64,000 bases of DNA from Gammaproteobacteria bacterium (GTDB lineage: Bacteria > Pseudomonadota > Gammaproteobacteria > CAJXQU01), in assembly GCA_965238175.1 (NCBI GenBank), contig CBDEGZ010000003.1, positions 1,472,001-1,536,000 of the forward strand, written 5' to 3'. A program made the position numbers and the translations under genes. Under the pieces are notes generated by a model. That model was not told where the DNA came from, ran no database searches, and saw only the letters and a program-made list of their open reading frames with translations. Positions 48,268 through 59,483 of the stretch are shown here, one piece after another; position 1 is the stretch's first letter; the number at the start of each line of letters is the position of its first letter.

Positions 48268-49785
48268 ATGAATGTTAGCCGCCATGTGGCCAAGGATATG
48301 CGATCAGCGCTGGCAATGGTTCGAGAACTGCACGGACCAGATGCTGTTATTTTGTCAAATAAAAAAGTCCCTGAGGGTATCGAAATTACCGCAGCGATAG
48401 ATTATGAAGAGTCTTTGCTGGAAACGTCTGGCCAAGAACCTGAGAAATATACTTTCCCAGATATTGATTCAAGCTTACCGCAACAAGTTGATAGAAAGGC
48501 AGATCTTGTTCAGTCTCAGGCACCTTCATTGACCAGAAAGCCGAAGTTTGAATATACCCCAGCACCTAGAGAACAGCGCCAGAATGTTGAGTTCCAAAAG
48601 AACAAACCTGAACAAACTCGGTTTGAAGAATCAGATGAAGAACTGGATTTTACTGTAGAGCTTTCTGGTGCAGTCGAAAGTAAACAATCTTCTGGTAAGC
48701 AATTGGGCGCACCGCCTCATACTCATGAAGACACCCATGAAAAAGAACAATCTCAAAAAAGTGATCTGCAAGAGCATGATCAAAATGATTCTGATAAACA
48801 AAGTTCAAATAACGATAATGTGGACAAGGTGGCGGAAGTCGTCTGGACGCAAGATTCTTTACTAAATGATATGCGTCAGGAACTTCACTCTCTGAAGTCA
48901 TTAGTAGAAACACAGATATCTGGTTTTGCCTGGGGTGAAATGAGTCGTCAGGCTCCTGTCCGTGCAGGCGTACTTCGAAAATTAGTTGCCCTAGGTCTAA
49001 CGCCAACGGTTGCAAGAGACCTGTCTAATCGCATTCGAGAAGATTTGGGACATCGTAAAGCATGGTATATGGCTTTAGCTATGTTTGCTCGTCAGTTACC
49101 CATTGATGGCGACACTATTTTGACAGATGGTGGCATTATTGCATTGGTTGGGCCGGCAGGCGTCGGTAAAACGACATTGATTGCAAAATTAGCCGTTCAA
49201 TATGCAGCACGTCACGGTAGAAAGAATGTTGCCTTAATAACGACAGATTCGCAGCGTTTCGGTGCTTTTGATCAACTCCGAAATCTAGGGAGTGTTTTAC
49301 AAATCCCTGTTCGTGCTGTCGATTCTGGTGAAGAACTAGGTGCCGCCTTAGATGGGTTTATGGAAAAACCACTAATATTGATCGATACCGCAGGATTGAG
49401 TTATAGAGATCAAAAACTCGCAGAAGAACTTCAGTCTATTAAAGCGAGCACTTCTATGTTGAAGGCGTACATGGTGTTGTCAGCCACGACACAAGCTGAT
49501 GCTATAGAACAAATGATTACGGCCTTTAGTCCAGTGAATCTCAGTGGTTGCATGATTACTAAGGTTGATGAATCAACCTCATTAGGTTCAGTTTTATCTT
49601 CTATTGTAGAACATAAATTACCTGTGGCTTATTACAGTGAAGGACAGAAAATACCCGATGACCTAATAATTGCACGTGTTCAGGATCTGGTTGGCAAGGC
49701 AGTTTCTATATCAAAAAGCATGAATGCTTTTGACCGGAATGAAGACGTAATGATGGAACAAATATTGAAAGGAGAAATGCTATGA
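48268..49785 (+). CDS. flhF: SRP-type GTPase FlhF
   Basis: HGPDAVILS, GPAGVGKTT, DTAG, TKVDE, GQKIPDD. Confidence 0.93.
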   Translation: MNVSRHVAKDMRSALAMVRELHGPDAVILSNKKVPEGIEITAAIDYEESLLETSGQEPEKYTFPDIDSSLPQQVDRKADLVQSQAPSLTRKPKFEYTPAPREQRQNVEFQKNKPEQTRFEESDEELDFTVELSGAVESKQSSGKQLGAPPHTHEDTHEKEQSQKSDLQEHDQNDSDKQSSNNDNVDKVAEVVWTQDSLLNDMRQELHSLKSLVETQISGFAWGEMSRQAPVRAGVLRKLVALGLTPTVARDLSNRIREDLGHRKAWYMALAMFARQLPIDGDTILTDGGIIALVGPAGVGKTTLIAKLAVQYAARHGRKNVALITTDSQRFGAFDQLRNLGSVLQIPVRAVDSGEELGAALDGFMEKPLILIDTAGLSYRDQKLAEELQSIKASTSMLKAYMVLSATTQADAIEQMITAFSPVNLSGCMITKVDESTSLGSVLSSIVEHKLPVAYYSEGQKIPDDLIIARVQDLVGKAVSISKSMNAFDRNEDVMMEQILKGEML

Positions 49786-50672
49786 ACATAGTTGATATTT
49801 CTCCAAGAACAACGACAAATTCAGTGAGTCGGTATGACAGTAACGAGACGACACGTGTCATTGCTGTAACAAGTGGTAAAGGGGGTGTTGGTAAAACAAC
49901 TGTTTCTATTAATATGGCGCTTGCGCTGGCTGAGAAAGGAAAACGTGTCATGTTAATGGATGCCGATCTTGGACTTGCTAATATTGATGTGATGTTGGGA
50001 TTACGTCCAACAATAAACATGTCACATGTATTAAAAGGGGAATGTGATCTTGAGGACATTATCCTTTCAGGCCCACGGGGAATAAAAGTTTTGCCTGCAT
50101 CGTCAGGTATCAAGCAGATGGTAGATCTGTCAGAACGAGAGCAAGCTGGAATTATCAATGCATTTAGTTCTTTGTCAAAACAAGCCGATGTTTTAATCAT
50201 TGATACCGCAGCCGGGATCAATTCCAGTACGGTAAAATTTTGTACTGCTGCACAAGAAGTTTTATTGGTGGTTTGTAATGAACCTGCATCGATCACTGAT
50301 GCTTATGCAACTATCAAAGTTTTGAATCAGGAACACAATATAAATAGATTCAGAATCCTCGCCAATATGGCACAAAACACCGTCGAAGGCGCACGTATTT
50401 TTCAGAAATTGGTCGAGGTTACTGAGCAATTCCTGAACGTATCACTCGATCTGGTTGGTACGATTCCATACGACATTAATTCACGGAAAGTGGTTCAACA
50501 ACGAAAAGCAATCTTTGATGTTCTACCAGGATCCGGTGCAGCACGCGCTTTTAAGAAACTGGCAGATAGAACTGATAAGTGGTCTATACCGAAGAAAGCT
50601 AATGGTAATTTACAATTTTTTGTTGAGCAATTAGTTCACGTGGAATCTAAACAAAAACAGGTGCAATTATGA
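49782..50672 (+). CDS. flhG: MinD-like ATPase FlhG/FleN
   Basis: SGKGGVGKT, DADLGLAN, EPASITDAYA. Confidence 0.94.
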   Translation: MNIVDISPRTTTNSVSRYDSNETTRVIAVTSGKGGVGKTTVSINMALALAEKGKRVMLMDADLGLANIDVMLGLRPTINMSHVLKGECDLEDIILSGPRGIKVLPASSGIKQMVDLSEREQAGIINAFSSLSKQADVLIIDTAAGINSSTVKFCTAAQEVLLVVCNEPASITDAYATIKVLNQEHNINRFRILANMAQNTVEGARIFQKLVEVTEQFLNVSLDLVGTIPYDINSRKVVQQRKAIFDVLPGSGAARAFKKLADRTDKWSIPKKANGNLQFFVEQLVHVESKQKQVQL

Positions 50673-51412
50673 GTCAAGTGGTGGCCTACAAGAAGACAGC
50701 CGAAAGGGAGGACGTCCCTGCCAGTAATAACCTGATAGAAGAGCATGGTTTATTAGTAAAGCGCATAGCCTATCATTTGATGACGCGTTTACCGGCAAGT
50801 GTTCAAGTTGATGATTTGATTCAATCTGGAATGATTGGGTTATTAGAAGCATCAAGAAATTATGATGCGTCCCAAGGCGCCAGTTTTGAAACCTATGCCG
50901 GGATCCGAATCCGAGGTTCGATGTTAGACGAGATTCGAAAAGGCGATTGGGCACCAAGATCATTACACCGAAAAGTGCGGGAATTAACTAAAGCTATCAA
51001 CGAGGTTGAAGCAAAAACTGGAGAAGATGCGAAAGATGCAGATGTGGCTGAGCATATGCAAATAACGCTGGATGAGTATTACCAGATTTTACAGCATGCA
51101 AGTGGTCACCGGATGTTTAGTTTTGAGGATTTAGTCAGTGGTGAAGAAGGTTTTTCTGAAAGTCTTGTTGACAATATAGAAACGCCATCAGAACAGGTTG
51201 AGAAGGGGAAATTTAAAGAAGCTTTAACAAAAGCTATTTCGACTTTACCTGACAGGGAACGATTGGTGATGTCGCTTTATTACGAAGAAGAATTGAATTT
51301 ACGAGAAACAGGGGAAGTACTCGGTGTCAGTGAATCAAGGGTCTGTCAAATTCATTCACGAGCCTTGGTGAGACTAAAAGCAAGAATGCAAGATTGGGTC
51401 AACTTAATATGA
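50669..51412 (+). CDS. fliA: Flagellar sigma factor sigma-28
   Basis: LVKRIAYHL, DDLIQSGMIGL, YAGIRIRG, VSESRVCQIH. Confidence 0.97.
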   Translation: MSQVVAYKKTAEREDVPASNNLIEEHGLLVKRIAYHLMTRLPASVQVDDLIQSGMIGLLEASRNYDASQGASFETYAGIRIRGSMLDEIRKGDWAPRSLHRKVRELTKAINEVEAKTGEDAKDADVAEHMQITLDEYYQILQHASGHRMFSFEDLVSGEEGFSESLVDNIETPSEQVEKGKFKEALTKAISTLPDRERLVMSLYYEEELNLRETGEVLGVSESRVCQIHSRALVRLKARMQDWVNLI

Positions 51413-51430
51413 AAAGTGTGGAGATATATT

Positions 51431-51823
51431 GTGGATAAAAACATGAAAATTCTGATCGTGGATGATTTCTCCACCATGAGAAGAATCATAAAAAACTTAC
51501 TACGAGATCTAGGTTTCACCAATACTGATGAAGCAGATGATGGTCAAACAGCGTTACCAAAATTGGAAGCGGGAGGGTTTGATTTTCTAGTAACGGATTG
51601 GAACATGCCTGGAATGCAGGGAATTGATTTGCTTAAAGCGTGTAGGGCAAATCCTGATCTAAAAGATCTTCCTGTCTTGATGGTAACAGCCGAGTCGAAG
51701 CGTGAACAAATCGTGGAAGCAGCGCAAGCGGGTGTTAATGGTTACGTTGTAAAACCATTTACTGCAGGAACCTTGAAAGAGAAAATCGATAAGATTTTTG
51801 AACGAATTGATGCGCCAGCATAA
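51431..51823 (+). CDS. cheY: Chemotaxis response regulator CheY
   Basis: [26 protein letters not shown]. Confidence 0.97.
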   Translation: MDKNMKILIVDDFSTMRRIIKNLLRDLGFTNTDEADDGQTALPKLEAGGFDFLVTDWNMPGMQGIDLLKACRANPDLKDLPVLMVTAESKREQIVEAAQAGVNGYVVKPFTAGTLKEKIDKIFERIDAPA

Positions 51824-51882
51824 GTAGCTCAATACCGAAAAAAAGATCTAATTATTTTAGATTTAGATAACAGGAGACGATT

Positions 51883-52599
51883 GTGACTGAAGCAACACGA
51901 CTAGATTTAGCAAATGATTTTATTGATGCAATTCAAGATGGAAATGAAGAGCAAGCAGACGAAATACTAACGATGATCGCTGCTGAGCGTGAGTCACGTT
52001 TATTTGCAGAAGTCGGGAAACTGACACGTGAGTTGCATGACTCACTTACAAACGTTCGATCCGAATCTGATCTCGCGAGTATTGCTGAAAATGAAATTCC
52101 TGATGCCACTGAGCGGTTAAATTTTGTTATCGAAAAAACAGAAGATGCTGCCAATAGAACCATGGATGCTGTTGAGGAAGTATTACCCGTCTCAGAGACG
52201 ATCCGTACTCGATCTGCACAGTTAAAAGAAGATTGGTCGCGATTTCAACGCCGCGAAATGGATGTTGAAGAATTTAAAAATATGGGCGATGAGTTGGTTG
52301 ATTTCCTTGAGGAATTAACAGATAACTCAGACATCATCCACACAGGGCTCAATAACATACTTGTTGCACAAGATTATCAAGATATAACCGGTCAGGTAAT
52401 TCGAAAAGTAATCGAAGTCGTACAAACGGTAGAAACCTCATTAGTCGGTTTGATTAGAGCAACGGGTGTACATGCAGGACCGAAAAAAGAGGTTAGTGCT
52501 ATTGAGGCGGAAGGCCCGCAAATGAATGCCGATAAGAAAGCGAATGTAGTAAATGGACAAGACGAAGTAGACGATCTGCTTTCCAGTCTTGGATTTTAA
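51883..52599 (+). CDS. cheZ: Phosphatase CheZ
   Basis: AQDYQDITGQVI, QDEVDDLLSSLGF. Confidence 0.96.
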   Translation: MTEATRLDLANDFIDAIQDGNEEQADEILTMIAAERESRLFAEVGKLTRELHDSLTNVRSESDLASIAENEIPDATERLNFVIEKTEDAANRTMDAVEEVLPVSETIRTRSAQLKEDWSRFQRREMDVEEFKNMGDELVDFLEELTDNSDIIHTGLNNILVAQDYQDITGQVIRKVIEVVQTVETSLVGLIRATGVHAGPKKEVSAIEAEGPQMNADKKANVVNGQDEVDDLLSSLGF

Positions 52600-52668
52600 A
52601 GTCTGAAACGAATAGAAAAACTAATGACTGTTTTCCATTGAGAAGATGAAAACAAATCGAGAAATATT

Positions 52669-54726
52669 ATGGCTATCGATCTAGAAGATGAAATTGTACA
52701 AGACTTTCTTGTAGAAGCAGGTGAAATCCTGGAGACCTTAAATGAGCAGGCAGTTGATCTGGAAACGTCACCAGATGATTCAGATCTACTCAATGCGGTT
52801 TTTAGAGGATTCCACACTATCAAAGGTGGTGGGGGCTTCCTGGCGCTAGATAATCTAGTGCACGTAGCTCATAAATGTGAAGATATTTTTGATTTGCTTC
52901 GACAAGGCGAGAGAAAGATCGATGCCGATTTGATGGATGTTGTACTGAATGTGCTTGATGTCTTGAACGATATGTTTGATGAGATACGTAGTGGTGAAGA
53001 TCCTACTGCGGCCCCAGGTGAATTAATGGGCAAGCTTAATATATTGGCCGATAAAGACGGTGTTCTCAATGCTGAGAGTGCTGCACCAGCGGTTGAAGCA
53101 TCTGCTGCACAAACGACACCTTCAGAAGATATTTCCGAGGAAGAGTTTGATGAACTAGTAGACGCTTTGTCTGGAAAAGAAGATAAACCAATAACAAAAA
53201 CCGAGGCCAAAGAAGGTGATATTACGGAAGAAGAATTTGATCAACTTTTGGATGAACTTCATGGCCCTAGTGGTGCACCGACGCCATCAGCAGATGGAAC
53301 GCCAAAAGATAAACCAATCACTAAAGCAGAAGTTAAAGAGGGTGACATTACGGAAGAAGAATTTGATCAACTATTGGATGAATTGCATGGTAAGGGAAAA
53401 CCTGATTTATCTGCTGCTAAACCAGAAGAAGAAAAGCCTCAGATAGAATCTGAATCTCCTAAGGAACCAGAAGTAAAAAAAGCATCATCTCCTGAATCGG
53501 TTAAAAAAGAAGCTGAAACAAAACCTAAAGCAAAAAAAACACCGCCCACAGGGGAAACTACAGTACGAGTAGAAACCAGTACATTAGACAGTATTATGAA
53601 TCTGGTGGGTGAGTTGGTGTTGATCAGAAATCGGATGTCAAATCTTGAGGAAACAATCGGCGACGAAGAGATGACGAAGACTGCCGCATCGTTGGATGTC
53701 ATTACGTCAGATCTACAAACTGTTGTTCTCAAAACAAGAATGCAGCCGATCAAAAAAATCTTCGGCAAATTCCCACGTGTAGTTCGAGATTTGGCGAGAA
53801 GCTTAGGACGAGAAATTAATCTCGAAATGTTTGGTGAAGATACCGATCTGGATAAGAACCTTGTCGAGGCCTTAGCTGATCCACTTGTGCATCTTGTGCG
53901 AAATGCAGTTGATCATGGTATCGAGATGCCAGATGTGCGTGAGTCGAATGGTAAGAATAGACAAGGCACATTGAAGCTGGGAGCAAAGCAGGAAGGCGAT
54001 CATGTCTTGATCACAATTTCTGACGATGGCGCAGGTATGGATCCTGAAGTGTTACGAGCTAAAGCAGTAGAGAAAGGCATGATGGATGCTGATGCAGCTG
54101 CTCGTCTGGATGACCGAGAATGTTATGAATTAATTTTCTCCGCTGGATTTTCCACTAAAGTTGAGATTTCTGATGTTTCTGGCCGTGGTGTTGGAATGGA
54201 TGTGGTGAAAACTCGTATTAGTCAACTGAACGGGATTGTCGAGATAGATTCCAAGTTTGGTGAAGGAACAATGCTGTCGATTAAATTGCCTCTGACATTA
54301 GCCATTATGCCAACATTAATGGTCATGCTTGGAGAACAGATATTTGCCCTTCCACTGGTCAGTGTTAAAGAAATCATGGACTTTAACATGAGTGAAACGA
54401 ATGTCGTTGATGGTCAAAATGTACTTGTGGTGCGAGGTAGAGCGCTGCCAATATTTAATTTGAGTCATTGGTTAGTTAATAGCGCTGTTTTTGGGGAAAC
54501 AAGCAAAGAACCAGGACATGTTGTTATCGTTAATGTAGGTACGCAACAGGTTGGGCTACTGGTGGATGATCTGATTGGACAAGAAGAGGTTGTTATTAAA
54601 CCGCTTGGATCAAATCTGCAAGGTACACATGGATTAGCCGGTGCCACCATCACGGGTGATGGTCGTATCGCATTGATTCTTGATCTTCCTAGCTTGATTG
54701 GACATTACGCAAGTCGATATAACTAA
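52669..54726 (+). CDS. cheA: Histidine kinase CheA
   Basis: Hpt FRGFHTIKGG, HLVRNAVDHG, SGRGVGMDVV, CheW-like P5. Confidence 0.97.
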   Translation: MAIDLEDEIVQDFLVEAGEILETLNEQAVDLETSPDDSDLLNAVFRGFHTIKGGGGFLALDNLVHVAHKCEDIFDLLRQGERKIDADLMDVVLNVLDVLNDMFDEIRSGEDPTAAPGELMGKLNILADKDGVLNAESAAPAVEASAAQTTPSEDISEEEFDELVDALSGKEDKPITKTEAKEGDITEEEFDQLLDELHGPSGAPTPSADGTPKDKPITKAEVKEGDITEEEFDQLLDELHGKGKPDLSAAKPEEEKPQIESESPKEPEVKKASSPESVKKEAETKPKAKKTPPTGETTVRVETSTLDSIMNLVGELVLIRNRMSNLEETIGDEEMTKTAASLDVITSDLQTVVLKTRMQPIKKIFGKFPRVVRDLARSLGREINLEMFGEDTDLDKNLVEALADPLVHLVRNAVDHGIEMPDVRESNGKNRQGTLKLGAKQEGDHVLITISDDGAGMDPEVLRAKAVEKGMMDADAAARLDDRECYELIFSAGFSTKVEISDVSGRGVGMDVVKTRISQLNGIVEIDSKFGEGTMLSIKLPLTLAIMPTLMVMLGEQIFALPLVSVKEIMDFNMSETNVVDGQNVLVVRGRALPIFNLSHWLVNSAVFGETSKEPGHVVIVNVGTQQVGLLVDDLIGQEEVVIKPLGSNLQGTHGLAGATITGDGRIALILDLPSLIGHYASRYN

Positions 54727-54747
54727 AATAGACAGTAATAAAACAAA

Positions 54748-55803
54748 ATGAGTATTCGTGTTCTCGTCGTTGACGACTCCATATTTTACCAGCACCGATT
54801 AAGGGAAGTGCTGGACGCTCATCCTTCATTGGAAGTCGTGGGTGTTGCTAAAGATGGACAACAGGCAGTAGAAAAGACAAAGTCGTTAAAGCCGGACGTA
54901 ATCACGATGGATATTGAAATGCCCGTTATGGATGGTATTTCAGCCGTGAAAGAAATTATGCGCGATCGTCCGACGCCAGTGTTAATGATCTCGGCGGCGA
55001 CTAAGCAAGGCGCCAATGCAACATTTGAGGCTATGGACGCGGGTGCTCTGGATTACTTGACCAAAGACTTTTACGAGATTACAGGAGATCGTGAGGCCGC
55101 TGGTAATAAAATATGTAATAAAGTTATTCAAATTGCGAAGAATAAACTAACACCAGTGAAGGTAAGTGAATTTGATCGCCAGCAACTAAATAAAACCCAC
55201 TTTGATGATTATGAAATTCTTGTTATTGGTGCATCAACAGGTGGACCCGTAGCGGTTCAAAAAGTACTCAAAGGTATTCCCAAAAATTTTCCATTACCTA
55301 TTCTGGTCGCTCAGCATATGCCAGAGACTTTTACACCGATGTTTTCTGAGCGCTTAGACCAAATCTGTGATGTTTCAGTTAAAGAAGCAGAGGATGGGGA
55401 TGTTTTGTTTCCTGGTTGTGTTTACATCGCACCCGGCGGTAAACAGACGACAGTGAAAACAAAATGCCAACAGAATTTATTGCAGATCGAAGAAGGCGAT
55501 CTCTCGTTAGTTTACAAACCTTCTATTGATAAAACGTTTGAATCTCTTGCTGACATTTATCGAGGAAAAGTATTGGCACTCGTTTTAACAGGAATGGGTT
55601 CTGATGGTTGTGAAGGTGCCCGAAAATTAAAGCAAGCTGGTTCAAAAATTTGGGCGCAAGATGAAGAAAGCTCGGTCGTCTATGGTATGCCAATGGCGGT
55701 CGCAAAGGCCGGATTAACAGATCAAATTATGTCGATAGCTGCTTTTGAGAAATTTTTTTCAGATGAGAAACTTCTCAGCAAACGCGTAGTTGAGGGAATA
55801 TAA
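54748..55803 (+). CDS. cheB: Chemotaxis methylesterase CheB
   Basis: Receiver plus GASTGGP, QHMP, LTGMGSDG, VVYGMP. Confidence 0.96.
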   Translation: MSIRVLVVDDSIFYQHRLREVLDAHPSLEVVGVAKDGQQAVEKTKSLKPDVITMDIEMPVMDGISAVKEIMRDRPTPVLMISAATKQGANATFEAMDAGALDYLTKDFYEITGDREAAGNKICNKVIQIAKNKLTPVKVSEFDRQQLNKTHFDDYEILVIGASTGGPVAVQKVLKGIPKNFPLPILVAQHMPETFTPMFSERLDQICDVSVKEAEDGDVLFPGCVYIAPGGKQTTVKTKCQQNLLQIEEGDLSLVYKPSIDKTFESLADIYRGKVLALVLTGMGSDGCEGARKLKQAGSKIWAQDEESSVVYGMPMAVAKAGLTDQIMSIAAFEKFFSDEKLLSKRVVEGI

Positions 55804-55805
55804 GC

Positions 55806-56546
55806 ATGGATTTTTTAACACTGATCGGAATATTCATTGCCTTTGGAGCCATTCTACTTGGACAATTTCTTGAAGGTGGCCATCTTAGTACCTTAATTAA
55901 TGGACCAGCTTTTCTGATTGTCTCAGGCGGTACGCTAGGTGCCATCATGATTCAGTCACCTTTACATATATTTATACGTTCAATGAAGATGTTGCCCTGG
56001 CTATTTAAAACACCAGAAAATCCGATGCAAGAATCTTTAAATAAATTGCTGCGTTGGAGTAACGTTGCGCGCCGGGAAGGTTTGTTAGGGTTAGAAAAAC
56101 TTGCTCAAAATGAACAGGATCTTTTTTCTCGAAAAGGATTACAACTATTAGTTGATGGTAACGAACCAGAGGCTGTCCGTAAGACCATGGAATTAGAAAT
56201 AATCGCAATGGAAGATCGTGATCTTCAGGCCGCAAAAGTATTTGAAGGTATGGGAGGTTATGCTCCCACAATTGGAATAATCGGTGCGGTTATGGGTTTG
56301 ATCCATGTGATGGGAAACCTTTCTGACCCAAGTAAATTAGGTGGTGGTATTGCGGTTGCATTTGTAGCGACGATCTATGGCGTTGGAATTGCCAATCTTT
56401 TTTTGTTACCTACAGCAAGTAAACTCAAAAGTATTGTACGTGATCGCTCACGACATCAGGATATGTTAACTGAAGGATTAATTGCGATTGCAGAAGGTGA
56501 AAACCCACAAGTAATTGCATTGCGACTTGAGGCCTTTCTGAATTAA
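55806..56546 (+). CDS. motC: Flagellar stator A subunit (MotC/MotA family)
   Basis: ARREGLLGLE, GYAPTIGIIGAVMGL, AFVATIYG. Confidence 0.88.
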   Translation: MDFLTLIGIFIAFGAILLGQFLEGGHLSTLINGPAFLIVSGGTLGAIMIQSPLHIFIRSMKMLPWLFKTPENPMQESLNKLLRWSNVARREGLLGLEKLAQNEQDLFSRKGLQLLVDGNEPEAVRKTMELEIIAMEDRDLQAAKVFEGMGGYAPTIGIIGAVMGLIHVMGNLSDPSKLGGGIAVAFVATIYGVGIANLFLLPTASKLKSIVRDRSRHQDMLTEGLIAIAEGENPQVIALRLEAFLN

Positions 56547-56561
56547 TTCAGAATTGATCAG

Positions 56562-57449
56562 ATGCCCAGTCGTCGTTACGAAGAAGAGCATGAAAACCAC
56601 GAACGTTGGTTGGTTTCTTATGCAGATTTTATTACCTTGCTGTTTGCATTCTTTGTCGTTATGTATTCGGTTTCTTCTGTGAACGAAGGTAAATTCCGGG
56701 TTTTATCCTCATCAATGGAAGACGCTTTTAATGAACAACCTCTACGCGGTTTCGAACCGATTCAAATAGGCGAGATCCTTCGCACGCTTGATCCTGAAAA
56801 ACAGCTCCGTACCGGCGAGGGTATTTTGCCGGATTACGAACCCAAAACAGATTATGAATCTCCTAACGAAGGTCAAGATGAAATCCCGGAAGGTTACGAG
56901 GCGGCTGAAAAAATTGTCGAAGATCTAAAAGGTGCTGTAGAGAAACTGGAAGATGCTGGGTTTAAAGTTGATCTAAATGAAAAATGGGTTGAGGTCAGTA
57001 TGAGTAGTGAAGTGTTATTCACTAGTGGCCGCGCCAAACTTTCTAAAGAGGCTGTACCTGTACTCAATGAATTGGTAGATGTGCTTAATGAGTTTAAAAA
57101 CCCATTGCGAGTAGAAGGTTTCACTGATGATCGTCCGATCAGAACATCGGTATTTCCATCAAACTGGGAGTTGTCTGCAGCGCGTGCAGCAAGTGTTGTT
57201 AGCCATTTCACACAACAAAATGTTGATCCAAAACGTATGGCTGCTGTTGGTTATGGCGAACATAGACCTGTTGCTGAAAATTCAACGACTGAGGGACGAA
57301 GTGCAAATCGACGCATCGTAATTAAGATCTCAACAGACGCTTCTGAACTTCAGGCGGATGCAGAAATAAATAGTGTTGAGAAGAATGAACTAGGAAGCAA
57401 ATTTCTACATACGATTGAGTTCCCAGGGCCAGAAGGTTTTGAACTATGA
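56562..57449 (+). CDS. motD: Flagellar stator B subunit (MotD/MotB family)
   Basis: WLVSYADFITLLFAFFVVMY, OmpA-like domain SNWELSAARA..NRR. Confidence 0.88.
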   Translation: MPSRRYEEEHENHERWLVSYADFITLLFAFFVVMYSVSSVNEGKFRVLSSSMEDAFNEQPLRGFEPIQIGEILRTLDPEKQLRTGEGILPDYEPKTDYESPNEGQDEIPEGYEAAEKIVEDLKGAVEKLEDAGFKVDLNEKWVEVSMSSEVLFTSGRAKLSKEAVPVLNELVDVLNEFKNPLRVEGFTDDRPIRTSVFPSNWELSAARAASVVSHFTQQNVDPKRMAAVGYGEHRPVAENSTTEGRSANRRIVIKISTDASELQADAEINSVEKNELGSKFLHTIEFPGPEGFEL

Positions 57450-58240
57450 AGGTCTGGACAGTTGCGAATCAAAAAGGTGGAGTAGGTAAAACCACAACAG
57501 CCGTTTCAATGGCGGGCTTACTTGCCACCAAAGGATATGAAACGTTAATGATCGATCTCGATCCTCATGGTTCTATGAGCAGTTATTTTGGTCAAGATCC
57601 CGATACATTGGAAGACAGTGTTTATTCTCTATTTCAAGCAGCGGCGAATAAGACCCGCATTTCCCCTGCATCAGTTCTGCTAAGGACAAAAGTACCTAAA
57701 CTTAGTTTATTACCGGCTTCTACATCGCTTGTATCACTTGATCGACAGTTTGGATCGCACGGTGGAATGGGTATGGTGATTAAAAATGCGCTTGCTCGTT
57801 GGGGGAATCATTTCGATCATGTGATTATTGATTGTCCACCGATGTTAGGTGTTTTATTGATCAATGCACTCGCTGTCTGTGATCGTGTTTTAGTGCCGGT
57901 ACAAACGGAGTTCTTGGCGATCAAAGGGCTGGAAAGAATAAATCATACATTTGATATGGTTAGGCAAGCACATAAATTACCTTTTGAGGAATTAGTTATT
58001 CCAACAATGTTTGATCGAAGAACCCGTGCCTCACATGACAGTTTGAAATTTCTTCAAGAAAACCATGCAGAAACTCTTTGGGAAATGGTGATCCCAGTCG
58101 ATACAAATTTCAGGGAAGCGAGTAGGGCTGGTTTGCCATTACCGATAATGAAACCAAAATCTCGCGGTTCCCTGGCTTACCAAGCATTATTGGATGATTT
58201 ACTGGAAAGAGAACTAGACACGGTGGAAAGTACACTATGA
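57446..58240 (+). CDS. Chemotaxis-associated ParA-family ATPase (ParC-like)
   Basis: NQKGGVGKTT, DLDPHGS, IDCPP, PVQTEFLA. Confidence 0.9.
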   Translation: MKVWTVANQKGGVGKTTTAVSMAGLLATKGYETLMIDLDPHGSMSSYFGQDPDTLEDSVYSLFQAAANKTRISPASVLLRTKVPKLSLLPASTSLVSLDRQFGSHGGMGMVIKNALARWGNHFDHVIIDCPPMLGVLLINALAVCDRVLVPVQTEFLAIKGLERINHTFDMVRQAHKLPFEELVIPTMFDRRTRASHDSLKFLQENHAETLWEMVIPVDTNFREASRAGLPLPIMKPKSRGSLAYQALLDDLLERELDTVESTL

Positions 58241-58911
58241 GTGAAGTAGTAAAGCAAGAAGTAAAAGTACTCGATCAAACTGAAGTACTTGGTTTGTATC
58301 TTGATGCGCTATTCAGAGAACATCCAGAGCACACTGTTGAAGAAAAGAAAATTGAAGTAGACGTTTCTGTAAAAGAGGACGAACAAGCACTAGTTGATGA
58401 ACTAAAACCTGAACCAATCATTCTCTCTGATGGACAACCAGAATGGGCACAGAAGGCTTTCCAAACCTTATTTATTGACATAGACGGAATGAATATCGCG
58501 CTACCAATGGAAGCGATGAGTGGTATCAGAGTGTATCCAGATCAATTAAATCAAATACCTAATTCAGCTCCTTGGATTGAAGGAACCTTCAATCTTCGTG
58601 GCACAAATATTCAAGTGGTTAATGCACGTCGCCTTTTTTTATTAACAAACAATCGTGCGCTAGATCCTGAAGAAGATCTCAAGAAGCCCGAATTTATCGT
58701 GCAAATTGGTGATGGTCGATGGGGGCTTGCTTGTCATAGTGCCGATCGTGCTTTGATGATTGAGCCTGATCAAGTTCGTTGGAGTGGCGCAGTAAGACGC
58801 CGCCCGTGGTTACTAGGCATGATTAAAGAACATCTCTGCGCTTTGCTGGATGGTGACGAATTTATTAAATACTTGGATGAGGGTGCTAAACCACTCGAAG
58901 AATTGGCATAA
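58237..58911 (+). CDS. CheW-like domain protein (ParP-like)
   Basis: YLDALF N-terminus, PEWAQKAFQ, RRPWLLG; between the ParA gene and cheW. Confidence 0.8.
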   Translation: MSEVVKQEVKVLDQTEVLGLYLDALFREHPEHTVEEKKIEVDVSVKEDEQALVDELKPEPIILSDGQPEWAQKAFQTLFIDIDGMNIALPMEAMSGIRVYPDQLNQIPNSAPWIEGTFNLRGTNIQVVNARRLFLLTNNRALDPEEDLKKPEFIVQIGDGRWGLACHSADRALMIEPDQVRWSGAVRRRPWLLGMIKEHLCALLDGDEFIKYLDEGAKPLEELA

Positions 58912-58984
58912 ACAATGCTTGAGATTTGTATATGAGCTTAAAAAAATCGCGAGTTGCAATAATAAAGAACAGGATAAAATAATT

Positions 58985-59461
58985 ATGAACGCATTATCTG
59001 AAGTAGTAGAAGATCCAGTCATCCAGTGGGTAACCTTTCGTCTGGACGGTGAGACATACGGTATTAATGTTATGCAAGTACAAGAAGTTCTTCGTATGAC
59101 AGAAGTTGCTCCTGTTCCTGGTGCACCAGATTATGTTGTCGGGATTATTAATTTACGCGGTAATGTTGTTACCGTCATCGATACACGGAAACGTTTTGGT
59201 TTAATGCCAAAAGATCCAGATGATGCTACGCGTATTGTGATTATTGAGTCTGATAGTAATATTGTTGGAATTTTAGTTGATAGCGTTGCCGAGGTCGTTA
59301 ATTTACGCGGTTCGCAAATTGAAACGGCACCTAATGTAGGTAATGAAGAAAGCTCGAAGTACATTCAAGGTGTGTTTAGTCGTGAAGAAGATATTCTGAT
59401 CCTTGTAGATTTGAATAAGTTTCTTAGCGATGAGGAATGGAGCGATGTAGCTTCTTTCTAG
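58985..59461 (+). CDS. cheW: Chemotaxis coupling protein CheW
   Basis: QWVTFRL..YGINVMQVQEVLR, GIINLRG, GILVDSV. Confidence 0.96.
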   Translation: MNALSEVVEDPVIQWVTFRLDGETYGINVMQVQEVLRMTEVAPVPGAPDYVVGIINLRGNVVTVIDTRKRFGLMPKDPDDATRIVIIESDSNIVGILVDSVAEVVNLRGSQIETAPNVGNEESSKYIQGVFSREEDILILVDLNKFLSDEEWSDVASF

Positions 59462-59483
59462 GTTCCTGTTAAGGGAGGTTGAG

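Noticed and set aside
53125-53392. Repeated DITEEEFDQLLDELHG segments in CheA
   Set aside because: Normal linker motif of Vibrio/Pseudomonas-type CheA; not novel.
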